A program made the position numbers and the translations under genes. Below are positions 33,810 through 45,611 of a DNA stretch of 64,000 nucleotides, piece after piece; positions within the stretch are counted from its first letter, which is position 1; every line of letters begins with the position of its first letter. Under the pieces are notes generated by a model that was given only the letters and a program-made list of their open reading frames with translations, searched no databases and was not told the DNA's origin. Source of the DNA: Calditrichia bacterium (GTDB lineage Bacteria; Calditrichota; Calditrichia; JAJRVZ01); assembly GCA_963777955.1 (NCBI GenBank), contig CAVZSQ010000017.1:1-64000 (forward strand), written 5' to 3'.

Positions 33810-34610
33810 ATGAACATTGCTGATCCACTGGCAAAACAGATTATCAAAGTCGGAACTTCCGGATACAGTTATGAAGACTGGCGCGGGACATTTTATCCGG
33901 CTGATCTGCCGGCAAATAAAATGCTGGAATACTATATCCGCTATTTTACCACCGTGGAATTAAACTCGACCTATTATGCCATTCCTAAGGTCGGCACCTT
34001 CCAAAGACTGGCTGAAAAAACTCCGGCCCGCTTCGAATTTATCGTCAAAGTTCACCAGGAAACAACGCACCGCCGGCAGGAAAATGAAAAAGTTATCGGA
34101 CAATTGCTTGAAGCGGTAAAACCATTATCCGATCAAAATAAATTGCACGGCTTCCTGGCCCAGTTCCCATATTCTTTTAAAAATAATGAAGAGAGCCGCC
34201 ATTATTTGGTGCAAACCAGATCATTGCTGGGCAATTATCCCTTGTTTGTCGAATTCCGCAATTATACCTGGTTATCATCATCGCTGCCGGAATTTCTGAA
34301 AGAAAATAATATCGGTTACGTCAATGTCGATGAACCCCCTTTGCGGGGATTATTGCCCAAACAGGATCTGGTGACCAGTGAAACCGGTTACGTTCGCCTG
34401 CATGGCCGTAATCAGCAGGATTGGTGGAATGGCGAAGGATCGGCCCGTTACGATTATGAGTACACGGAACAGGAATTACAGGAATGGTTGATTCACATCA
34501 GTAATATTTTAAAGAAGACCTTTAAAACGTATATCTTTTTCAATAATCATCCGACCGGGAAAGCAGTAAAGAACGCTGAACAAATGATGGCCATACTTAA
34601 ATCTATCTGA
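33810..34610 (+). CDS. DUF72 family protein
   Basis: VGTSGYSY.DW.G.FYP, VELNSTYY, VEFRN, YVRLHGRN, FFNNH. Confidence 0.92.
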   Translation: MNIADPLAKQIIKVGTSGYSYEDWRGTFYPADLPANKMLEYYIRYFTTVELNSTYYAIPKVGTFQRLAEKTPARFEFIVKVHQETTHRRQENEKVIGQLLEAVKPLSDQNKLHGFLAQFPYSFKNNEESRHYLVQTRSLLGNYPLFVEFRNYTWLSSSLPEFLKENNIGYVNVDEPPLRGLLPKQDLVTSETGYVRLHGRNQQDWWNGEGSARYDYEYTEQELQEWLIHISNILKKTFKTYIFFNNHPTGKAVKNAEQMMAILKSI

Positions 34611-37600
34611 CCTCAAGTTTAACTGCTGTCTTTATTTCTTTTCCTTCCCGCAGGAATATCATCGTCAAAGTATCACCCGGTTCATGCTGTTTTAATTCTT
34701 CTGAGTACTCTTTTAAATTTTTTACCGTTATGGTTTCAACTTTAATTAAAATATCACCGGTTTTAACTCCGGCCAGGTCGGCAGGGGAATCTGTTGCCAC
34801 CTGGGCTACCCGTACACCCTCGCCCGCATATGCAAAGTCAGGCATGATGCCGGTTGATACGCGGCGACCCGCCGGGGCCGCTGGCGCTGTTGTTGCTGCA
34901 GTTGTCTTGATTGTTACCGTCAATTTCTCCTCTCTATTGGATAAATACTCGATTATCTCTTTGCTGAAGGATGCGACTTTTACCAGTCCGGCCACATCGA
35001 TTTTATCGGCAGTATCTTCCGGTTTATGATAATCCTGATGAGCACCGCTAAAAAGTTGAATTGCCGGTATACCGGCGGAGATAAAACTGGTCTGATCGCT
35101 GGCATCCAGATCCTGATTGACCAACTCATACCCGATCCCGGTTACGAATCCAACCCCCATTACGATGTGCTTCCACTCCTGCAGCCGTCGAATGATTTAA
35201 CACCAGCAGTTTATTATTATTAAGTCTGCCCACCGTATCCAGATTAAGCACTCCGATAATATTTTGCACCGGAAATTTTTTCATATTCTGGATATAGTAC
35301 TTTGATCCTTTTAAGCCGCTCTCTTCAGCAGTAGTGGCTAAAAATATAACCGTACGCGCGGGACTGAAACTGTTGCCCAGGCTCCGGGCCAATTCCAGCA
35401 ATACCGCCGCTCCGCTGGCATTATCATCGGCGCCAGAATGCATTTTCCCTTCATTGCCGGCACGCACATCCGGCCAACCCAGACCAAGGTGATCATAGTG
35501 CGCACAAATCACTACCGATTGTCCGGCCCACTCTTTTTTACTGCCCGGAATCATTCCGATAATATTTTTTAAAATAACAGGCTTATTTTCGGCACCACTA
35601 TTTTCCGTCCAGGTCTGATAAAAAGTATCATTATCACCGATTGGGATCAGTCCTGCGCTTTTAAATTGTGCAGCTAGATATGCTGCAGCCCGTTCAATTC
35701 CTGCACTCCCTAATCCTCTGCCTTGCAAAGCTTCGCCGGTCAGAGTATCGATATCACTTTTCATCCGCGTTGCAGAAAATAACGGTTTTAATTCCGCCAG
35801 GGCTTTTCGCACGGGCAACCCGGCGTCGACTGGTTCAGGATTTGATCCATCACTTTGCAGCACCCTGGCCCGCATGGGAGTGTTGTTGGCCGGCCATTGT
35901 CCCTGCAGTACATTAATGGGTTCATCCCCTTCGAATCCCAGGTAACTGTATTTTCCATAATGGGGGAGTTTCCTGCCCAGACCGGGTATGGCGGCACTGC
36001 TATGAGCGGAAAGCCAGACCAGTACTTTATCGGCATTATTGGGATTACGCACAGCCAGCACAATACTGTGATCCTGTAAAGATGTTTTGATTTTCCCTAG
36101 ACGAAGAGTATCTATCTTCAAATCCGAATCATATTTCAGCAGTTCTTTCAAAAACTGATTGTGCCATATGTTTTCCCGGCCAAAGATCCAGACCGATCGA
36201 TCCGCCGGAATAGCAGTAAGCGAGGTATCCTCGCTTCACACTGATTTGACCGGATGTGTCTTTAGCCCAATTTCCGGCCAGGACGCGGTAGGCCTCTTGC
36301 AGATCTGGTTTATCCGTAGCCGGCAGGATGATCGCGACTTTTTCCGATCCAAAGACCTGTGACAGGGCCGGTGGTACTTCATCGCGATGCAGAAAACGGA
36401 ACAGATCAAATTGCGGATCTACATCGATAAGCAATGGCCTTTCTTTAAAAGTCAACTGATAATCCTGGACTTTGCTGTCCATTCGTAGCCGTTGCATCAC
36501 TGCCTTTTTGCTGTCTTGCAGATGGACAGCTACAGGAACATCGAGTTCAAAAACATCGTCCAGCTGGGTTTGCTTCAAAGTAAAATTCAATTTGAATCCT
36601 GCCGGATCGGCTGCACATTCAGCCCGGCTGATTTCCAGCAGGGGTGCTCCGCTGCGCGTGAGCCATTGCTGGAAGAACGAATCCAGTTCGCGGCCGGTTA
36701 TTTTTTCAAAACATTTTTTCAAATCATTAAAACCGGCTTTTTTGAATTTATTCTCAGAATAAAAGTCCTGAATACTTTTGACGAAAAGTTCGTCGCCAAT
36801 TTCCTGTCTGAGCATATTGAAAATCATCATTGACTTGTTATAACCGATGGCAGCTGAAGAGGCATCGCGGCGGGAAGTAAACTTGATCAAGGGGAAATCA
36901 TTATTGCTATGAACGTAGTCGGTGAAAGCCTGTAATGCACCGCGTCTGTATTCTACACCCTGCCCGCGTTGTTCTTTGATCAAATGATCGGCGAAAAATA
37001 CGGTCAACCCTTCGCACCAGTTACCTGATTCGTAGTCGACATAAACCCCGTTACCCCACCAGTTATGCAGAAGTTCGTGCGGATAGGAAGAATGCAGAAT
37101 AAACGGGAAGCGGATAACCTTTGGACCCAGCAGAGTGAAGGAAGGCATACCATAACCGGTTTCCCAGAAATTTTCGACCAGAGCAAATTTGGAATAAGGA
37201 TATGGACCGATTAAAGTATTATACATCTCCAGGTACTGGGCGGTTGTCTCCAGATATTTCCTGGCCAGAGTTTCATCGGCTGTTCTTAAAAAGGCCATGG
37301 CCAGCACACCTGTCTGTTCGCGCTGATATTCATAAAACGGGGCTGCGATCAGATACACCTCTTCCATAAGTTCGGGTGAATCCCAGCGTACGACGCGTTG
37401 CGAATTCCTGATTTCATGAATGGTTCGTACCCCCTGGCTGACTGCATCCCACTCTGCCGGCAGTAAAATCTGCAGATTAAATGTGATCAAATCGGCATTG
37501 AACCAGGGCACCCAGTATGTTGAGCCAGCCAGATATACACCATCGGCCGAAATAGTACCGGGGGATTCGCTGAATCCCCGGGCATATTCCTCGGAAATTT

Positions 37601-38012
37601 GTTCGATGGGGTGATCGATTTTCCCTGAATATTCAAACAGGCAGATGATTTCAGCCTGTTTGCTCCTGGGCAGGATCAGGGAATAATGCTCGATTTCAAT
37701 ATTTTCCGGCAGTTTGAATTTATTTTTCGCCAGGCCAAAATCCCGGTGATCAATTTTACCCGTTTCTTGCTTTAGTTTAATTTCCGCGGTCGAGACCCCG
37801 GTCGAGACTTGCGGATGTAAATCCTTATGTAATAAGAAATGAATTTCCCGGCCGCCCCAATTGCCCGGAAAATACACAGTATCGCTTACCGACAAGGTCT
37901 TTTCCCCCGGATTCAATCTGACCATTAAATGATGCTCAATCGCCGGCTCAGCTGCACCCTGTGCGGTAATCATAAAACAAATTATTAGGACAGTTTTATA
38001 TATTTTATTCAT
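34603..38012 (-). CDS. Secreted M1 aminopeptidase - M28 peptidase - PDZ fusion (frameshifts at about 36200 and 35180)
   Basis: Signal peptide; GYGMP, HELLHNWWGN..WCEG (M1); AHYDHLG, GADDNASG, AEESG, NLDTVGR, SDQ, DYHKPED (M28); GIMPD..PDZ. Confidence 0.85.
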
Positions 38013-38037
38013 ACGTTTGATTCCCACTCCGAATATG

Positions 38038-38110
38038 TTTGTCTTTTGTCTTTTGCCTTTTCTCTTTTACCTCTTTACCTTTTTACCTCTTAACCCCTTA
38101 ACCTTTTCCC
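38038..38110. repeat. Pyrimidine-rich 7/8-mer tandem tract
   Basis: TTTGTCT TTTGTCT TTTGCCT TTTCTCT TTTACCT CTTTACCT TTTTACCT CTTAACCC CTTAACCT, intergenic. Confidence 0.7.
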
Positions 38111-38139
38111 CCAGATCTTTCATCTTTAATCTTATTTTT

Positions 38140-40746
38140 TTAGCGCATTATTACCGTAACCGGATTCTTAACCACCATATACTTCCCGGCCACACGCTTA
38201 ATATCAGTCCAGGGTGACCTGTTTCATCTGTTTTAAAAATTGCTGATCATAGTTGCTATTGCCAAAGAAATAGAGGGAATGTGCCAGATAATAGCCCTGG
38301 TTAATACTCGATAATCTTCTGAACATCATGCGTCCCAGATATCGATTTAATGTTTTCTCCAATTCGGTTGCAGTAATCGAATTTACCATGGCCGGATCGA
38401 AGAATGCGGGGATCTGCGGCAATAAAACATCGATATTAGCCGGACGTGTTCCCAATCTGAAATAGAATAAAGCTTTATCATTAACCATCTCTATTCCCGT
38501 ATTCACACGGTAGGCCCGTCCCTGTTTTTCCCGTACGTTAAAAATTATCCGCTCAGCCAGGATTTGGGAGAATACTTCCAGCGCAGGGCGGTCTGCCTGG
38601 AGAATTTCCGTGGTAAAACCCCAGAACAGATAGGATTGTTCGGCACTACCCTGAAAATCATTATTAACTTCAGCAGTTAGAATTTTTAAAGCACGCTGAT
38701 ATGCCGGTTGATGATCGGTGATTTCTTTTTTTGCCACCGGCATGTTTTTTATAAACAGTTTATATAAACTATCGGGTGTTGCCGGTGAGACCACAGAAAT
38801 AATCACATTAGCCGGGGTTAAATATATTTCTTTAAATTTTAACAGGTTATCATAACTGATCTCATTTATTATATCCGGGAAAGCATTGGCTTCATAGACG
38901 GCATTTGTATATGATTGGGTGAATAACTCGTTGGATTTTGATCCAGCCATGCCGCCTCCCCCCGGTCGTTTAATTTTTGCTACTGCTTTAGTGAATTCCT
39001 CAGCAGTGGGTATAAAAGTATTCAACTGGGTTGATAAATAATTGATAATTCCGCCTAGATCCTCAGCCAATCCTTCGGCCCTGATATAACCAAAGTCCGC
39101 ATGCAGATAAATATCATCCATCGGTATAGCCGGGTCATCATTCACCTTAAAACTAAGGCCATAGCGGTTGCTGATCTTCTGGTTGGCCGTCGATGCTAAT
39201 CGCTGGCCAAAACAATCATGCAAAACCTGTGCGGCATTTTTGCCAAACTGAGACTCATATCTGGCCTTATGCTTGAAAAGATAGTGAACAGCCAGAAGAT
39301 TACTGGCAGGATTTTGTTTGGCGATCAGAACGGCCCCGCTGCTGGAATCCACGAAGACTTTCGTCTGGGTGGGGATTTCTCCTGGCGCGAAACTCCTCTT
39401 GTTTTCCGGGTGTTGCACTATTACTACCGGATTAGAATCTATCCGGTATGACCTGAGTTGTTGTTCCGCTGCCAGGAAAGAAGACAAGGCTATTTGTTGA
39501 AAAATCGTCTCTAGCCCGGACAGGACCAGGGTTTCAGCATTATAAATACCAAACATATGCGGTTTTTCGAGATTCAAAAGATATTCGGTGCGCGCGTGGG
39601 CAGCCAGATAATCTACGGTTTCCGGCGGCAAAACTAATTTTAAATTTGACAGAGTCATGCCGCAGGTATTCCGTTATGTCCTGCAGGGACTGCTCGCTGG
39701 AAACAGTTATCGTAGCCGTGATATAGTTTTTTACCGGAAAATGTAATATTTCCAAAATCAACGGAACTAATTGCGCCGGGGAATTTTTTCTGCAGCTCGC
39801 TGAAAATCCGGTCATGATGCTTAGCCAGGATTTCGTCTAGCAGGGTCAGGTGCACCTGTGAGAATTGGACCGGTATTTCAAAAAACATCTGCAGCAGCAT
39901 TTCTTCGCCCTTATAAAAGCGGTGATATACGCTGGACCGGTCAGTTGTCAATCCGGGTATTTCGAATCCCGAACGCCAGTTAGTATAATGAGCATAAGCC
40001 ACGTTACCCGGTTTGACCGTGCCATAAATTCCGGCCAACAAAACCAACATACTGTCCGTATCGAATGGCCCGATGGCGGTCAGAATCATATTATTGGGCT
40101 GATATGTATTTTTGTAAAAAGTATAAACATCGTCCCGGGACAATGATTCAATAGTCGCATAAGTGCCGGCTACAGGTAGAGCGAGGGAATGTTCTTGAAA
40201 TAAGATGGAATGAATATTATTTTCTATTTCAGTTTCAGGGTCATTAAGGTCCTTGGCGATTTCCTCCAGGATGATTCCCTTTTCCTTTTCAAATTTATCT
40301 GCGGGTAAAACTGAATGGAACAGCATGTCAGCCTGAAGTTCCATGCCCTGGGGTGCCTTGTCGGCAGGGATGACCATCATATAATTGGTATAATAATATG
40401 AAGTATTGGCATTATTGTACCCGCCGATCAAATCCACCTGATCATATAACTGTTCTTGTGAACGCTGTTCCGTACCGTTGAACAGCAGGTGCTCTAACAT
40501 ATGACTCATACCGCTGGTGGCAAAATTTTCATAGGCAGAACCAATTTTCACCGCAACATTTATGCCGGTCATCGGCAGAATCGGATTTTCAATTAACAGG
40601 ACCTGCAACCCATTATCCAGCGTATGAATGGAGATCCCCGCCGGTAATTTGTAGCCGCTATCAATTATTTTCGTTTCAGCAGCTGGCAGCTGGGAAAAAT
40701 TTAAAGCCAGTATAACAAACCAAAGCAAGAATTTCCATTTAGCCAT
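38140..40746 (-). CDS. Secreted M16 (pitrilysin-like) zinc peptidase (frameshifts at about 39750-39650 and 38205)
   Basis: Signal peptide, TLDNGL, inverted zinc motif HMLEH, NANTS, EKGIILEE, VREKQGRAY, C-terminal TDIKRVAGKY. Confidence 0.87.
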
Positions 40747-40969
40747 TGAGCCATTCCCCTTTTAGTGTAATGAATATACTTCTGCTTGACAATATTCCCT
40801 TATTCGAATTTAAATGAAGAGCAAGCAATGAATTTACAATGAAAATCTGTGTGAAAAAAACTTTTTATATCTTGATCTGTTTGCTGGCAACCAGATAATA
40901 GTTTGTACTTTTAAGAATAATCAAGACCCGCTCGTTGAGGAGTCTGTCGCAGAATTGACTAATCGCCCC

Positions 40970-41027
40970 GGATTTCTCACCCCGCCTGTGGCGGGGATTC
41001 GAAATGACATGCACATTCTGTCATTCC
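40970..41027 (-). repeat. TGTCATT-tagged palindromic repeat, copy 2
   Basis: Minus strand TGTCATTTCGAATCCCCGCCACAGGCGGGGTGAGAAATCC, plus an inverted TGTCATTCC at 41019. Confidence 0.65.
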
Positions 41028-41031
41028 AATT

Positions 41032-42027
41032 TTATATCTGTATTTCGTAGTCCTGATCGATATTAACCTTTACTTTAAGATCCTGCAGTTTTTCATGCAA
41101 CTCTCTTAATTTTTCATTTAATCCTTCCATTTCGAATTCCAATTTCTGCGGCACCTCTTCCAGCAGGGATTCAAATTCTGCCTCATCTCCCACTTCTATT
41201 TCAATCTCGGGGATTTCAATGTTAATTTCATCAGGCATTGGTACATCAAATTCATCGGCATGATGCCCATAAAAATACACATCGTCTTTTTGCATGCGTT
41301 CTGCCAATTTTACTTTAAAGGCTTTCTCTTTCTTGTCGCGGATTACTTTTATCTCGATTTCATCCCCCGGCTCAAAATAGTTGATAGCTCTTTTTATATC
41401 ATGCAAGTCCCGGACTTTTTTCTCGGCCACTTTAATAATAATATCCCCTGCCTTTAGTCCGCCTTTTTCTGCCGGACTATCCTTCAACACTTCTTTGACT
41501 AATATGCCCTGTCCTTCCGCAACTCCGAAATATTCACGTAACTGTTCGCTTAATTCAATCGTATGAACCCCCAGCCAGGTTTGATCTTCAGCAGTAAAAT
41601 TCAACCGGTGCGGGGATCTGAAGGGCCGAACCATCACTTTTTTAGTTACGGCTTTGGCAAGTTCCGCTTTAGTTTTACCGTGGTTTCCGTCCCTCAGGTA
41701 TTCTATTTCCACCACGTCGCCGACTTTTTTCTCCTGCACCAGGTCAATAAGCTTTTTTGTGCCGGTAACAGCCTTTCCGTCTAAAGTAATAATAATATCA
41801 TCCTGCTTTAATTCGGCAGTAGCAGCTGGACTGTCCTTGGATACCTCGGTAATTTTTACGCCATGAGGAATTTTAAGATCATTCAGCATCTTTTCAGAAA
41901 TATCTTCTACCTTTACACCGAGCCAGGTACGATTTTTACCTTCCTTCACCACTACCTGTTTTTCACTGACCAAGGCGAAGAGCAAGGAAGGGATCAATAA
42001 AAATAACCACCATGATCTTTTGAACAT
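41032..42027 (-). CDS. Exported tandem-PDZ domain protein, no protease domain
   Basis: Signal peptide, two WLGV..SPA..GL..GD PDZ units, acidic tail. Confidence 0.88.
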   Translation of the reverse strand: MFKRSWWLFLLIPSLLFALVSEKQVVVKEGKNRTWLGVKVEDISEKMLNDLKIPHGVKITEVSKDSPAATAELKQDDIIITLDGKAVTGTKKLIDLVQEKKVGDVVEIEYLRDGNHGKTKAELAKAVTKKVMVRPFRSPHRLNFTAEDQTWLGVHTIELSEQLREYFGVAEGQGILVKEVLKDSPAEKGGLKAGDIIIKVAEKKVRDLHDIKRAINYFEPGDEIEIKVIRDKKEKAFKVKLAERMQKDDVYFYGHHADEFDVPMPDEINIEIPEIEIEVGDEAEFESLLEEVPQKLEFEMEGLNEKLRELHEKLQDLKVKVNIDQDYEIQI

Positions 42028-42069
42028 ATTTTACCTCCTGCAGTTGAACTGTTGAACTAAAAGTATATA

Positions 42070-42096
42070 TACGAAAATCTGTACATCCGGGTTTCA
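42070..42096 (-). promoter_or_regulatory. Putative ECF (SigW-like) promoter of the PDZ gene
   Basis: Minus strand TGAAAC-N17-CGTA, about 43 nt upstream of the ATG, which has a GGAGG RBS. Confidence 0.55.
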
Positions 42097-42368
42097 AAAT
42101 TAGCCCAAATCATATTATATTACTGTCAATTTTTTATGTCCCGGCCCGAGTATCCAATTAAAACTATAAAATTACCCTCAGGCTGATGCTTTTTAATGTA
42201 TAATTTTTGTAGTTTTTTAAAATGACCTCATTACTAATAAAAAAAATGATTAACTTAAAGTCAAAAATCTGTAAATTTTTATCAAAAAATGCAGATTTTT
42301 ACCGATGAATAGAATAATAACTGTTATTTTGAGATCGGTTAACCGGTTTATATAATTTTAAGGCAACA

Positions 42369-44193
42369 ATGTTAAAAGCACTTAGCAAATATTTCAAGTC
42401 GGTTAAATACAATTCTGATCAATCGTTACATGAAACATCATATCAATTGTTCAAGAGTATCCCGATTGAAATCGCCCTTTATGACCTGAATGGTTATTAC
42501 ACCTACGTCAACAGATTTTATGCCGCTGATGAAAAAATCCGTACCGAGATCATAGGTAAGGATGATGCTTACTTCTTCAAAGTAACCGGAATCAGTCTGG
42601 CTGGACTGGTAAAACGTCAGGAACATTTCAAGGAGATACTGAAGCGTAAAAGCACGGTCAGATTTACCGAGAGTTTGTACTTTCCGGAAAAAGACAAGAT
42701 ACAGTATTTTAAACGCTACTTTCTACCTATTTTTGACCGGGATGATCCACAAAAAATGACCGGTGTCTGCTTATACGGCAGTGATTTGACCTATGTAATT
42801 ATGGGACAAAAAGAATTAAAATATCTGGCCTATCATGATAAACTGACCGGGTTGAAAAACCGGGATGGTTTTTATGAACAACTGGATCAGTTGTTACTGG
42901 ATATACCGCGCAGTTCCGAACAGAAGTTGACCGCCCTGTTGTTTTTAGATCTGGACAACTTCAAACTGGTGAATGATTCCCTCGGACACGATGTCGGGGA
43001 TGCTGTCCTGCAGGAAGTTGCTGACCGGATTAAAACTTCCCTGCGTAAATCCGATTTTGTTTTCCGTCTGGGCGGGGATGAATTTACCATCATCATCCGC
43101 CACCTCAACCGCGAGTTTGAGGCCTCGAAGGTCGCCGAAAAATTAATTAAAAATATATCCAAGCCTTATTCAGATCCGCCAGCATAAAATCACCTATCTG
43201 ACTCCCAGTATCGGTATCGTGCTGATCCCGTTCGGCGAAACCGATCGTGAAGGACTGGTCAAGAAGGCGGATACCGCCATGTACGAAGCGAAACGCCAGG
43301 GCAAGAACCGCTATCAGTTCTTCAAAGAAAGCATGACCGAAGATTCAATCATGCGCCTGAACATCGAAAACAATTTACAGACCCTGGTCAAAAACAAAAG
43401 TTTTGAACAGGAATGTCATATTTTATACCAGCCTATTGTCGCCCGCACGCCGGCTGACAAATATCAGATAATCGGCGTCGAAGCTTTATTACGCTGGTAC
43501 AATGCTGAACTTGGACTGGTCATGCCCAATATATTTATCCCCATTGCCGAAGAAACTAATTTGATCTCCGCGCTGGGGGATTGGATTTTCGAACGGTCCT
43601 GCCGGGACATAAATGAGATATTGCATAATTATAATTCCGCCTTCTATGTCTCAATCAACCTGTCGGCTAAACAGTTAAAGGATCCCGGTTTTGCCGACCG
43701 GATCAGGAACATAATCGATGGCATCGGTATTAACCCGGCGAATATTCAATTCGAGTTGACCGAAACAACCTATCTGGAAGACCCGGTTGAAATCGCCCGC
43801 AATATCAATGCCCTGACCAAAATGGGGGTGAAACTGGCCATTGACGATTTCGGTGTTGGTTTTGCCTCGCTGGTTTATCTGCAGCGTATTCCGGCCGCTA
43901 CAATAAAAATTGACCGCTCTTTCATCAAGCATATCACCAGCAGCGATGAGCATAAACTTTTCGTGAAGTCTATTATCAATCTGGGCACCAATCTGGAAAA
44001 AGAGGTAATCGCCGAGGGGGTGGAAATAGCGGAACAATTGCTTTTTCTGAATGAACAAAATTGCCTGAAATATCAGGGGTTTTTATTCAGCAAGCCCATC
44101 CCCCTGTCAGAATTACAAAAGCTCCTGGACAGCGGGGCAGAATTCGCTCCGGATCTTTCCGGAGTGTCCAAACCCCAACCGCACCCGTTATAG
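42369..44193 (+). CDS. PAS-GGDEF-EAL c-di-GMP enzyme (frameshift at about 43175)
   Basis: HDKLTGLKNR, DLDNFK, RLGGDEF, ADTAMY, EALLRW, ELTE, DDFGVG, KIDRSF, AEGVE, QGFLFSKP. Confidence 0.92.
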
Positions 44194-45540
44194 CGGGTGC
44201 TGTTGTGCGAATATTTTCAAACGGTGTTCCAGCTCCGGAAATTGTTCGCGTCTCACCAATGAAACACAGGCCCTGACCCCTTCCAGCCGCTCACTACCGG
44301 TAATGGCCAGTGAAATAGCACTGATCCCATAGTATAATAATTCTTCGACCAATTGCTCGCCGCTGAAACCCGGGTACGAAAAAGTAAAATAAAATCCGTC
44401 AGCAATGGGTTCGTCTTCATCACGGTCATATACGATATTGAAATTATTAGCGGTGAACATTTTTTTCATGATTTTGGCTTTGGCGCCATATTCTTTTACT
44501 TCCTCGACAAAATTGAAGGTTCCGTCATTCACGGCTTTTAAAATGGCGGCCAGGGCATACTGGGCGGAGTGAGTCACGCCGGCACTCAGTGAATAAAGGG
44601 TCCTGAAAATTATAGCATGTCCAAAATTATCCGTATTAAAATACTTGTGCAGACCTGCTATGCGCCGCTGAAACAAATTATCCGCGATCACCATCATGCC
44701 AATCCGTTGACCGGCATAACTGAATGCTTTGGAACTGGAAATTAATAAAATATAATTGTCCGTATATTTAGCCACCGTGGGTTGGAAAGGCGGAACACCC
44801 GGTTTGGAGAAATCCTTCCGGAAATCCATGGCGATATAAGCCAGATCTTCCAGTATGACCACATTATATTGATCGGCCAATTCGGCAATAATATGCAATT
44901 CCTTGTCGGTAAAACAAATCCAGGAGGGATTATTGGGATTGGAATACAGCAGGCAGGCAATGTTTCCCTTCTTTAAATGAGACTCCAGTTTCGCCCTTAA
45001 ATTCTCTCCGCGGCAGGCATATACATCAAAGGACTCCCATTTCTGTCCTAAGACCTGATGCTGTTGTTTATGTACCGGAAAACCGGGATCGATAAACAGG
45101 GTGGTATCCTTTTCCGGGTGCATGTGATGCGTAGTCAGAAAAGCCGCAAAAGCTCCCTGCATAGAACCTACGGTAGGAATACATACCTCCGGGCTTACCG
45201 TAATATCCAGAAAAAGTTTTACAAAGCGGGCGATCTCTTCTTTGAGCGGCCGGATGCCGAAGATATCAGGGTAGATAGCCGCAACCCCCTGGCGCAAGGC
45301 CGCAATTTCTGCCTCTACTCCAATCTGCACCGGTGCTAAACCAGGAACACCCATTTCCATTCTTATAAATTCCTGACCCGTGGCCGATTCGATGGCATCG
45401 ATCAGTTTCTTTATCTCGCGAATAGAAGCTTTACCAATATTGTCGATCCGGCTCTTGGCAATTTTATCACTGACAATTTGACTATCGATCGGCGTGTCCT
45501 TATGAACTTCATTTTTCTGTCTGGAGCGGATTTCCTTCAT
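44188..45540 (-). CDS. PLP-dependent aminotransferase, class I/II
   Basis: SNPNNP, EDLAY, SSSKAFSYAGQRIG, C-terminal R in VRAC. Confidence 0.9.
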   Translation of the reverse strand: MKEIRSRQKNEVHKDTPIDSQIVSDKIAKSRIDNIGKASIREIKKLIDAIESATGQEFIRMEMGVPGLAPVQIGVEAEIAALRQGVAAIYPDIFGIRPLKEEIARFVKLFLDITVSPEVCIPTVGSMQGAFAAFLTTHHMHPEKDTTLFIDPGFPVHKQQHQVLGQKWESFDVYACRGENLRAKLESHLKKGNIACLLYSNPNNPSWICFTDKELHIIAELADQYNVVILEDLAYIAMDFRKDFSKPGVPPFQPTVAKYTDNYILLISSSKAFSYAGQRIGMMVIADNLFQRRIAGLHKYFNTDNFGHAIIFRTLYSLSAGVTHSAQYALAAILKAVNDGTFNFVEEVKEYGAKAKIMKKMFTANNFNIVYDRDEDEPIADGFYFTFSYPGFSGEQLVEELLYYGISAISLAITGSERLEGVRACVSLVRREQFPELEHRLKIFAQQHPL

Positions 45541-45611
45541 GCCTGGTTTCCTTCTATTTTATTATATGGTTAACATATTAACCATAACTTTGTTGAATTG
45601 CTTAATATAGT

